From NCBI GenBank assembly GCA_020137815.1, contig CM035350.1, forward strand, positions 3,782,001 through 3,846,000: 64,000 nucleotides of DNA. The letters are read 5' to 3'. Position numbers and translations under genes: made by a program. Shown here piece after piece: positions 1 through 9,087 of the stretch (positions are counted from its first letter, which is position 1; each line of letters begins with the position of its first letter). The notes under the pieces were generated by a model. It was not told the DNA's origin and searched no databases. It saw only the letters and a program-made list of their open reading frames with translations. This DNA is from Hormiphora californensis (taxonomy: Eukaryota; Animalia; Ctenophora).

Positions 1-951
1 ACTATATTTCACATGCAGTATCTCCGCGACTCGAGCAGCAGTTGCATTCATGGCGTCAACAGTATATTGTGTCTTGTCCGGGTTGACAGGTAGCCGCAGC
101 ACTCCATAGAGCTCCCTAAATGGATTTCCGTTTGTTTTCTGTTTGTGTAGGTATACCCTATAGCTCAATTTCTACAGCAAACAGAGCCTCCTTTTCTTTG
201 CACGTACGAATTGTTTTTCATCCTTGTGTGTATCTATCTATCTATCCTAATATCCCATCCTATTCACGAACGAGATATCTCAAGAGTCTCAATGTCAGCT
301 CATGGTAATCCTAGTTTTGACCTTATTGTACCCTGCTGGTGATCTACACAGCAATATATTATACATGATCAGCCTGATTCATCTGGATGTACTCGCATAG
401 AGAATCAGCTGATGAGACCTTAATCCCATCTACCATTATATATTGTTAGCTTTAGTTGAGATGGAAATAGAAAGAGGGAGAAGCTGGGATAGAGATAGAG
501 AGGCTCAGATAGACAGAGATAGAATATAGAGAAACAAAACAGAGACAGAAATATGTATGTAGGCACTTCCATGGCCATGCAGTGTTACATTAGTGAATGA
601 GGCCTAACAGGCCTTGCAGTGTAGCTCTGTGTGTACGTGAAGGCCTTGTCCGCTTGTCAAAGGTTTTCAGCTGTTATGTATCACATGTGTGTTTTTGTGG
701 TTGGCAACACCATGTGTCACACTGTGTGTGTGTTTAGTATAGCACTGTGGTGGTGGTGGTGTATTTATTGTACACTTCCGGTCACATGTGACACATGTGT
801 GGTTCAATATCATGATGTAGATTGTAGGGCCTAGTCAATCGAGCTGGAACTCTATTCCACGTGCTATATAGTGATACCTATAATCAGACTATCCAGTATC
901 CGTCCCTATTCTGACTATCTCTCTTAGACTTCCTTGGGTAATAACTCATAC

Positions 952-1137
952 AGTAGGGTAGCGACTGGCTATTTTAAATGGCCAGCAGGTCAGCAGGTGC
1001 ACCATATTTGGCTTTTCAGTGGGCTATTCAGAACTCATGCGAAGCCCATGCTGATGTCTAAAAATCCAAATCTGCTGGCCTTTAGAGAGGGTGTTTCAAA
1101 TTAGCCGCCATTTCAAATAGCCAGTCGCTACCCTACT
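952..1137. mobile_element. MITE-like element with ~22-bp terminal inverted repeats
   Basis: AGTAGGGTAGCGACTGGCTATT at 952 and its reverse complement AATAGCCAGTCGCTACCCTACT ending 1137; non-coding interior; no clear TSD. Confidence 0.65.
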
Positions 1138-1325
1138 TGACTTATATGATGCTGGCTTCGTCGTGCGTGCTGCCGGTTATAAGTCGCATTAGTTGTAACC
1201 CTCACTTTTACAGTTTACTAAACTTTTTAGCTTGCAATATATGTGTGCTACCATGACACGTGCCTATCATGTATACGTGTAATTCCTCTACGTATGCTAC
1301 TACTAAAACTGCACTACAGCTATGA

Positions 1326-1407
<82 letters not shown>

Positions 1408-2111
1408 GAGCATTGGCCGCAGTGTAAATGGATAGAAAATTACTGGAGTACTTGTGCAACACGATTCTTAACACGGCAGCTGGCGTATTCCGATTTTACC
1501 TGTACCAGCCACTCCATGAACGTCATATTGTCCTGTGTTGTTTGTGCGCCGCTTACTTTTTGTCAGAAATATCCGGGACGTATGCCTTGTAATTCTCATG
1601 TGTAGTAGTTTTGACGCACTGCATCGGCCATTGTTTCAGTTCACTGTCTTGTTCCATCAATTACCACCTTCTACGCAGCTTTTGAGCCACCTAGTTTCTT
1701 TCTTTGATCTTTGGTGAAGAGACCTAACCGCACTCAAATGTTACTGCCAAAATCTTTTTAAGTTCAGTTCTAAGGCTTCTATTTCCCTCTGACCTCAGCT
1801 TCATTTTGAACTGCTAGAGCAGCAGTTGTTCGGAAGATGCATGTTTGGTTAAAATAGATTCTTTGCTGGGGGTCCTCTCTTGCTGTAACAGTAGGCCTCT
1901 CCTTCAATCGAAGAAGAATGGGTGAGATCGCTCTCCTTCTATCTCTCTCTTTCTCTATCTTTCTCTCTCTGTGTGCACCCTCTATCTCTATATACTTCTC
2001 TTACTTTTGTCGAAGTGAGGATGATCGCCGAACACTACCACCTCCTGTAGCTCATGTAAGCTTTGTGGAGTCCTTTGATTTAATTTAACTAATGATCATC
2101 CTTTCTCTTCC

Positions 2112-2147
<36 letters not shown>

Positions 2148-2149
2148 CT

Positions 2150-2223
2150 CTGTCTGGCGGGTCCCCGACCCTCTGAGCGCACGGGGTGTGTGCCAATTGG
2201 GGTCGTGGCGCCGCCATATACAG
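2150..2223 (+). mobile_element. Diverged copy of ~75-bp CTGTC/ACAG mini-element (family M1)
   Basis: CTGTCTGGCGG...CTGAGCGCAC...TGGCGCCGCCATATACAG, similar to the copies at 44971, 46703, 47232 and 48295. Confidence 0.6.
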
Positions 2224-2341
2224 CGACGTTGTTCAAATATCCAGATTTGTTTCCATTACTTCGTTTTCACATCTTTTCCTTATCGAACTAATGGAGGAAG
2301 GGATATTTAGTTGATTGAAAAGAAGGAGGGGTTAGTCGATC

Positions 2342-5130
2342 AAGGAAGGAAGGAAGGAAGGAAGGAAGGAAGGAAGGAAGGAAGGAAGGAAGGAGAAGGA
2401 GGTAAGGAAGTAAGAAGGAAGGAAGGGAAAGGAAGGAGTAGGAGGAAGGAAGCAGGAAACAAGGTGTGTGTGGGAGGGAAGGAAGGCAACAATGAAGGAA
2501 TGATAAGGAAGTGTGAATGACTTAATGAAGTGGGGAAGTCTTCTTCCCGGTACTTCGCTCCTTTCCTTCCGGCATTCCCTCCTTCCTTCCTTCCTGTTCC
2601 CTTCCTTCCGTCCCTCCTCCTTCCCTTCCTTCCCCTTCCTTCCTTCCTTTCCCTTCCTTCCTTCCGTCTTCCTTCCCGTCTTCCCTTCCTCCTCCGTGCC
2701 TTCCTTCCTCCGTCCTTCCTTCCTTCCTTCCTTCCTTCCTTACCTTTTCCGTCCTTCCTTCCTTCCCTTCCTTCCTTCCTTCCTTCCGTTCCCTTCCCTT
2801 CCTTCCTTCCTTCCGGCCCGTCTTCCGTCCTTCCTTCCTCTTCCTTCCCTTCCTTCTTCCTTCCTTCCTTACTTCCTTCTCCTTCTTCCTCCTTCCTTCC
2901 TTCCTTCCCTTCCTTCCTTCCGCCTCCTTGCCTTCCCTTTCCTTTTCCTTCCTTCCTTCATGTCCTTCCTTCCTTATTCTTCCTCCTTTCCTTCATCCTT
3001 TCCTTCCTTCCTTCCTTCTTCCTTCTTCCTTCCTTCCTTCGTTCCTTCCCTTCCGTCCTTCCCTTTTTCCCTTCCTTCCCCCTTCCTTCCCTTTCCTTCC
3101 TTCCTTCCTTCTTCCTTCCTTCCTTCATTCTCCCCTTCGCTTCCTCTCCTTCCCCTTCCTTCCTTCCTTCCTTCCCTCCCTTCCTTGCTCCTTCATCCTT
3201 CCTCCTTCCTTCCTTCCCTTCCGTTCCCTTTCCGTCCTTCCTTCCTTCCGGTTCCTTCCTTCCTTCTTCCTCCCTTTTCCTTCCGGTCCTTCCTCTCCTT
3301 CCTTCCTGCTTCCCTTCCTTCCTTCCCATGTAAAACACGTCTCCTTCCAAAATTCCTTCCGTCCTCCTTTCCTTTCCTAGCCTCCGGCCTGCGTCCGGCC
3401 TGTCCTGCCTTCCTGCCTGTCGTCCGTCCTTCCCTTTCCGTCCGCCTTCCTTCCTTCCTTCCTGTCCCTTCCTTTCCTTCCTTCCTCTCCCCTTCCTTCC
3501 TCCTTCCTTCCTTCCCTTCCTTTTCCCTTCCTTCACCTCCCTTCCTTCCTTCCCTCCCTGTACCTTACTTCCTGTCCTATTCCTCCTCTTTCCTTCCCTT
3601 CCTTCCTTCCTTCCTTCCTTCCTTCCTTCCTCTCCCTTCCCTTCCCTTCTCGTGATCACGGCCCTTCCCTGCCGTCCGGCCGGCCCGGCCGGCCTTCCCT
3701 TCCCTTCCGTCTTCACCTTCCCTTCCTTGCCGGCCTGCCGGCCTTCCGGCCGGCCGGCCGGCCTGTTCCTGCCCCTCCTTCCTGTCCTTCCTGCCTGCCG
3801 TCCGTCTTAAACGTCGACTGCCTTCCTCCCCCGTCCCTGCCGGCCCGTTCGCCTATCCTTCCTTCCCTTCCTTCCTTCCTTCCTTCCTTCCTTCCTTCCT
3901 TCCGTCCTTCCTTCCCTTCAGTCCTTCCTCTCCTCCTTCCATTCCCCTTCCTTCCTCCCTTCCGGCCGTTCCTGGCCCTTCCTCCCTTTCGCTTCCCGTC
4001 CTTCCTTCCTTCCTTCTTTCCTCTCCTTGTCCTTTTCCGGCCTTCCTTCCCTTCCCTTCCTTCCTCCCGTCCGGCCCTTCCCTTGCCCCTTCTGGTCCCG
4101 CCTTTCCCTTTCCTTCCCCTTCCTCGTCCTGTGTCCCCTTCCTTCATTTGCCCTTACCTTCCTTCCTCCTCCTTCCTCTCCTTCATTTCCTTCTCTTTCC
4201 CTTGCCTTCCTTCCTTCTTCCCTTCCTTCTTCCTTCCTTCTTCCTGCCTTGCCCTTCCTTCCTTTCCTTCCCTTCCTTGTCCCTTTTTCCATTCCCTTCC
4301 CTTCCCTTCCCTTCCTTCCTTCCTCCTTCTCCTGCCTTCCCTTCATTCTCGTCCTTCCGTTCCCTTCTTCCTTTTCCTTCCTTCCCTGCCGTCCTTCACT
4401 CCTGCCTTCCTCCTAGCCCTTCCCTTCTTCCGTCCTTCCTTCCGTCCCTTCCTTCCGTCCGTCCCCTTCTTCTTTGCCTTCCTACCTTCCTTTCCTTCCC
4501 TTCCTTCCTTTCCTTCCTTTCGCTCCTTCCCTTTCCATCCTTCCTTCCTTCCTTCCCTTCCTTTCCCGTCCTTCCCTTTCCTTCCTTCCTTCCTTCCCCT
4601 TTCTTGCCTGCCCTTCTTCCCCTTCCTTCCTTCCTTCCGTTCCCTTCCTCCCTTCCTTCCTTCCCTTTGCCTCTCCTTCCTTGTCCCTTCGCTCTTCCTT
4701 CCTTCCCTGCCCTTCCCTTCCTTCTCCTTTTTCTTTTCTTCCTTTCCTTCCTTCCTTCCGTCTCCTTCCTTCCTTTCTATCCTTCCTTCCTTCCGTCCTT
4801 TGCCTTCCGTCCTTCCTTCCTTCCCTTTCCCTTCCCTTTCCTTCCTTGGCTTCACGTCCTTCCTTCCTTCCGTCCTTCCTGCCTTCGCTTCCTTCCTTCC
4901 TTCCTTCCTTCCTTTCCTTCCTTCCTTCCCTTCCCTTCCCTTCCTGCCTTCCGTCCGTCCTTCGCTTCCGTCCCTTCCTTCCTTCGCTTCCTCCTTTTCC
5001 TTCCCTTCGTCCTCCTTCCTTCCCTTCCCTTCCTTCCTTCACCGCCCTACCCTTCCGTCCTTCCTTCATTCCGTGCTCCTCTTTCCTTACCTTTCCCTTC
5101 CTTCCTGTCATTCTTCCGTCCCTTCCCCCT
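2342..5130. repeat. Degenerate (GAAG)n followed by ~2.6 kb (CTTC)n simple-repeat tract
   Basis: Purine tract ~2342-2510, then pyrimidine tract ~2560-5130. All overlapping ORFs are low-complexity P/S/F/L or G/R/K/E translations. Confidence 0.95.
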
Positions 5131-5331
5131 TCCTGCTGCATGAGCAATGAAGTAAGTCCCTCTCCTTCTTCCCCCCCGATCCCCGAACGACTGTACGTCT
5201 GTACGTTTGTACCAGATATTACAAGCTTTTTTTCAAAAAATAGTCAAAATTTGACAATAAAAGGGGTTTTACTCCACTATCATCCAATTTGGTAGGCTCA
5301 AATATACTTATTTTCGATCACAGACATGCCG

Positions 5332-5562
5332 TAAGTCAAATAAAAAAGGTTCGGGAACTTTTGCAGACAAAATTTTTTTCAGCTTTTTCAGCGGGTGGAC
5401 TGTAAATCCAAAACTGGGTGCGCGTCGCACATTAAATTTTGGTCACAGACATACCTTAAGTCAAGTAAAAAGGTTCGGGAACTTTTGCAGACAATTTCTT
5501 TTTCAATTTTTTCAGCGGTCTGACTGAAATTTTAAAACTCGGTGCGCGTCGCAAACTAAGTT
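5332..5562. repeat. Two tandem ~125-bp units
   Basis: TAAGTCAA...GGTTCGGGAACTTTTGCAGACAA...GGTGCGCGTCGCA occurs twice. The adjacent 5605-5690 segment matches (inverted) 57038-57115 and (direct) 58020-58115. Confidence 0.7.
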
Positions 5563-6026
5563 TCGCGCCGCAGGGTGCGCGTCGGAACACGTTTTCGGGC
5601 CTCCATAGCCGTTTGAAAAAAGTCGGTCTAAGTATACTCTTTTGGTAGCGCGCACCTGTAAACAGGCTGCAAGGCACCCAGACTATAATCGTGCCCAATG
5701 TAAGCGGCAAAAAGTCACACTTTTTGTTTTTAGCGAACGTTTTTGGCCATTTTCCACCCTCCGACACGACAACATCAGAGACCTCATGGCTGAGATATGC
5801 TCGTATGCGGGTCTCAAAGGTGTGGAAACAGAAAAGCTGCTGCTGCCATGGACGCCATAGCACGTGGTAGCACTAGACACGCGGAGAACAAGAATTATTG
5901 CATTATATATTCATAATGCGGTGTTTCCCTACCCCAGATGGGTGTAAAATTGATGACAAAGCTTCAAAACTGGATTTCCCGATGAATTTTGCACTCAAAG
6001 AGCAATTTTTCGCTGATACGATGTTA

Positions 6027-6124
6027 GTTGCTATGGTATCCAGAGTGGTTGCTATGTAATCAAATCAGTTGCTATGGTAACCAAGGCAGTTGCTATGATA
6101 ACCAAGACAGTTGCTTAGGAGACC
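6027..6124. repeat. ~21-bp-period array of five GTTGCTATGGTAAC-like (RFX X-box-like) motifs
   Basis: Copies start at 6027, 6048, 6068, 6089 and 6110. The best, GTTGCTATGGTAAC, fits the X-box consensus GTTNCCATGGNAAC. Confidence 0.6.
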
Positions 6125-6465
6125 CTAGTTGCAGCTCGCACATATGGATATCCGAATTTTCCATGCCGATGCACCAGGGACGGCGCAGGCAGGGTCCAGG
6201 GGCTGCAAGCCCCGGTGGGGGTTGAGGGGGCGAAGCCCCCCGAAAATTTCGGACATTTTGAGGCGTTTTTAAACGATTTTAAGCATTTCTGAACTCCTTT
6301 TGTGAAAAATTGCCGGTTCGACAAACGGGGAACAGGAAGAAAACTTGGAACACGACTGTGCGGGTGTACCAGTATAGTGTTGTGTTGGCACACGGAGAAG
6401 GTGGGAGAGGGAAACAACAAGAGTGGCTTCACAATCCACCACTCCTGGTACACCACGCACGTCCC

Positions 6466-7006
6466 ATAAGGAACCATAATAAAGTTCAAGAGCGCACCCC
6501 ATCCAAGAGCGCACCACCTCCAAAAGACACCACTTCAAGAGCGCACCACATCAAAGAGAGCTCCCCATCCAGAAGATACCGCGCGCAGGGGACACCACGC
6601 GCAGAAGAGACCGCACGCGCAAATACAACGCCGCGCTGGTCTCTTCTGCGCGTGGTGTCCCCTGCGCGTGGTATCTTCTGGATGGGGAGCTCTCTTTGAT
6701 GTGGTGCGCTCTTGAAGTGGTGTCTTCTGGAGGTGGTGCGCTCTTGGATGTGGTCTCTTTTGGGTGTGGTACGCTCTCAGGTGTGGTCTCTCTTCGATCG
6801 GGTGTGCTCTTGGGTGCTCTTGGAGGCTCTTGAACTTTAAAGTCGGATTTTTTGAAGTTGTCACCCCAAAATGACCGCGCATGTGAAATTTATGAATTTA
6901 AACGCGCACACGACACGTTAACATGTGATGTGACGCGCAAAAACATTCCGCGCACGAAGAGGGGGGTGACAACTTCAAAAAATCCGACTTTATTATGGTT
7001 CCTTAT
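6466..7006. mobile_element. TIR element (ATAAGGAACCATAATAAAG) carrying two tandem palindromic cassettes
   Basis: TIR at 6466 and inverted TIR ending 7006. Palindrome A at ~6481-6838 (AAAGTTCAAGAGC...GCTCTTGAACTTT); palindrome B at ~6839-6991 (AAAGTCGGATTTTTTGAAG...CTTCAAAAAATCCGACTTT). Confidence 0.8.
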
Positions 7007-7572
7007 GCGACTTATAAACATAAATTTTGTGAAAAATGGAAAAAAAGATGAAAGTTTCCTGATCACGAGAAAAAAATCATCTGCGCGCACACACAATTTT
7101 CTGGGTGAACCGGACACCCTGGGGTAAGTCGGAAGAACCTGTCCGTTCCTCTCATGAGCGCTCATGAGTGTATCATGAGTGTGTCATGAGTGTATCATGA
7201 GTGTATCATGAGCGCTCATGAGACGTTTTTAGGTGTTTCAACGTCTCATGAGCGCTCATGAGTGTATCATGAGTGTGTCATGAGTGTATCATGAGCGCTC
7301 ATGAGTGCTCATGAGACCTTGCTCATGAGCGCTCATGAGACATATGTCTCATCCCATCTCTGTTTCAATGTCTCATGAGCGCTCATGAGACGTTTTGACC
7401 TACATGTGCTCATGAGTGTATCATGAGACATGTCTCATGAGACATATGCCTCATGAGACGTTAGGGTTATGGTTATGGTTGGGTTTAGGGTTGGGCTAGG
7501 GTTAGGACTTTCCTTTAGGTCTAGGGACCCGTAGAGGGTAGGGCTAGGTCCAAGCCTATGAGTCAACCCTAA

Positions 7573-7615
7573 AGTTTCAAACTTTTCAACACTACTTTAA
7601 ACAAATTAATTTGAG
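7573..7615 (+). other. Spliced-leader (SL)-like exon sequence forming the 5' end of the LINE
   Basis: AGTTTCAAACTTTTCAACACTACTTTAAACAAATTAATTTGAG closely resembles, from recall, ctenophore (Pleurobrachia-type) SL sequences ending ...AATTTGAG. It is followed by CC, not a GT donor, so it is not an SL RNA gene. Confidence 0.75.
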
Positions 7616-7626
7616 CCTATGTAACT

Positions 7627-9087
7627 ATGGCTATGTCCATGTCTACCGGAAATCTCAAGGAAAATGACATTATCCTAGGGGAACTACTAAACCTAGCCGT
7701 CAACAATCCCAACGCTTTGAAAGTTCTCAACGCGTATGATCTTGAGGGCTCGTTTGAGGGTAACTTGGATACCTTGCGGAAACTCCCGGAGAAAGCCCTT
7801 GTCGCGGCATGCGCCCTACTCGGGTTGAAGCCCTTGATTGATGGAAGGAAGCGATATGGTTCCCGGACAACACTGGCAGAGTGGGTTATCATGAACATAT
7901 CCGTTTTGTTTGTGTATGACTGCGGCTCCTGTGGTAAGGAATATCAAGTTGATAGACTATCCGAACCAAAGATGAGATGCAGAGTGTGTGGACAAGGCAG
8001 CCACGACTGCGATCCTTTCTTGGAGGCATACGAAGCACTGGAGAAACTAAACGTGGAGGTGCCAGGGCTTTCTTGGTTATGCCATCCCTGTGCTCGTAAA
8101 AATCGTCTCGAGGCTTTCCCAGGTTACACTTACGGGGAATCAGACGATAAGGCGGCTGCAGATGGAGAGAGTTCGGACACTGAATTTCAGGACAAGATCA
8201 GTCCGGTCCAAGAGAAGAAAGGAAAACGTGGAAGAAAGAAGAAAGCCCCGATCGATGAGGAAGCGATCACGCCGGTAATTGGAGGTGACAACCAGCCAAA
8301 TCGCCGGGATCTGACACTCAAACTAGAGGGGAAGGATTCTGCTCCTGATGGAGATGGGGAGAAAACGAGCGAGGAAAAGGGCGATAAGAAGCCAGGAAAA
8401 TCCAGCTCTAAGTTTGAAAATGTGTGTGAAGCGTACAAGAAGAAAGCTTGCCCTCACGGGAGAAAGGGTGATAAACTTGTAAATGGGGTCGCCTGTTCGA
8501 AGAATCACCCAGTTTCTTGTACCAGATACGTATCACAGGGAACCATCAAGAGAGGGGGTTGCTCCAAGGGCAAAGACTGCAAATATTTCCACCCCCCAAT
8601 TTGCAGGAACTCGGAGATCAAGAGACAGTGTCTTGACCCTGATTGTGATAGGATCCATTTGAAAAGCACTCGCAGGAAACCTACCCCACCTGTAGTTACT
8701 GATCTGGATAAGGGGAATGCCGGAACATCCAGTAACAGCAAAACCCAGAAGAAGGCCGAACCCAAACCGAAACCCAACAAGAACGGCAACAACACGAAAA
8801 CGGGTCTGGTAGACCAGGATTTTCTATTGACTACCATGGGTACCCTTCGGGATGGGATGATGGAAGAGATGCTGGGGGTAATGAAGAAACTACTCAGGGA
8901 GGAAATGGCAGAGATCCGTTCGGTCCTCAGCCCACCTGGGGAATTGGAACGATTCCGACATCGCAGCTCCCCGGCACTGACGGTAAAGGGAACACCCGCG
9001 GGCTCCACGCCGATGAGCAGAAACGTGTCGTACGGGGACATAATAAAACGGTCTCAAAACTGGTTTTGCTCAACGCCAGGAGTCTAA
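7627..9087 (+). CDS. LINE ORF1 (486 aa): PHD-like finger plus three CCCH-type zinc fingers
   Basis: CGSC...CRVCGQGSHDC...WLCHPC is PHD-like; C..C..C..H clusters lie in CEAYKKKAC...H, CTRY...C...CKYFH and CRNS...C...CDRIH. PHD domains are known in CR1 ORF1. Confidence 0.88.
   Translation: MAMSMSTGNLKENDIILGELLNLAVNNPNALKVLNAYDLEGSFEGNLDTLRKLPEKALVAACALLGLKPLIDGRKRYGSRTTLAEWVIMNISVLFVYDCGSCGKEYQVDRLSEPKMRCRVCGQGSHDCDPFLEAYEALEKLNVEVPGLSWLCHPCARKNRLEAFPGYTYGESDDKAAADGESSDTEFQDKISPVQEKKGKRGRKKKAPIDEEAITPVIGGDNQPNRRDLTLKLEGKDSAPDGDGEKTSEEKGDKKPGKSSSKFENVCEAYKKKACPHGRKGDKLVNGVACSKNHPVSCTRYVSQGTIKRGGCSKGKDCKYFHPPICRNSEIKRQCLDPDCDRIHLKSTRRKPTPPVVTDLDKGNAGTSSNSKTQKKAEPKPKPNKNGNNTKTGLVDQDFLLTTMGTLRDGMMEEMLGVMKKLLREEMAEIRSVLSPPGELERFRHRSSPALTVKGTPAGSTPMSRNVSYGDIIKRSQNWFCSTPGV

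Noticed and set aside
2311-5295. Many 130-380 aa ORFs on both strands
   Set aside because: Stop-free translations of (CTTC)n/(GAAG)n simple repeats; no domain content.
7150-7460. Regular TCATGA repeats resembling a CRISPR or operator array
   Set aside because: No unique spacers; these are internal tandem repeats of the foldback arms in a eukaryotic context.
7461-7510. TTAGGG-like runs (also 12160-12205 and 55.7-58.5 kb) as true telomere or fusion sites
   Set aside because: Short, degenerate and embedded symmetrically in transposon arms.
7573-7700. SL RNA gene or a NeSL-type insertion into an SL gene
   Set aside because: No GT donor or Sm site follows the leader, no SL intron remainder lies 3' of the LINE, and the element encodes APE rather than a restriction-like endonuclease.
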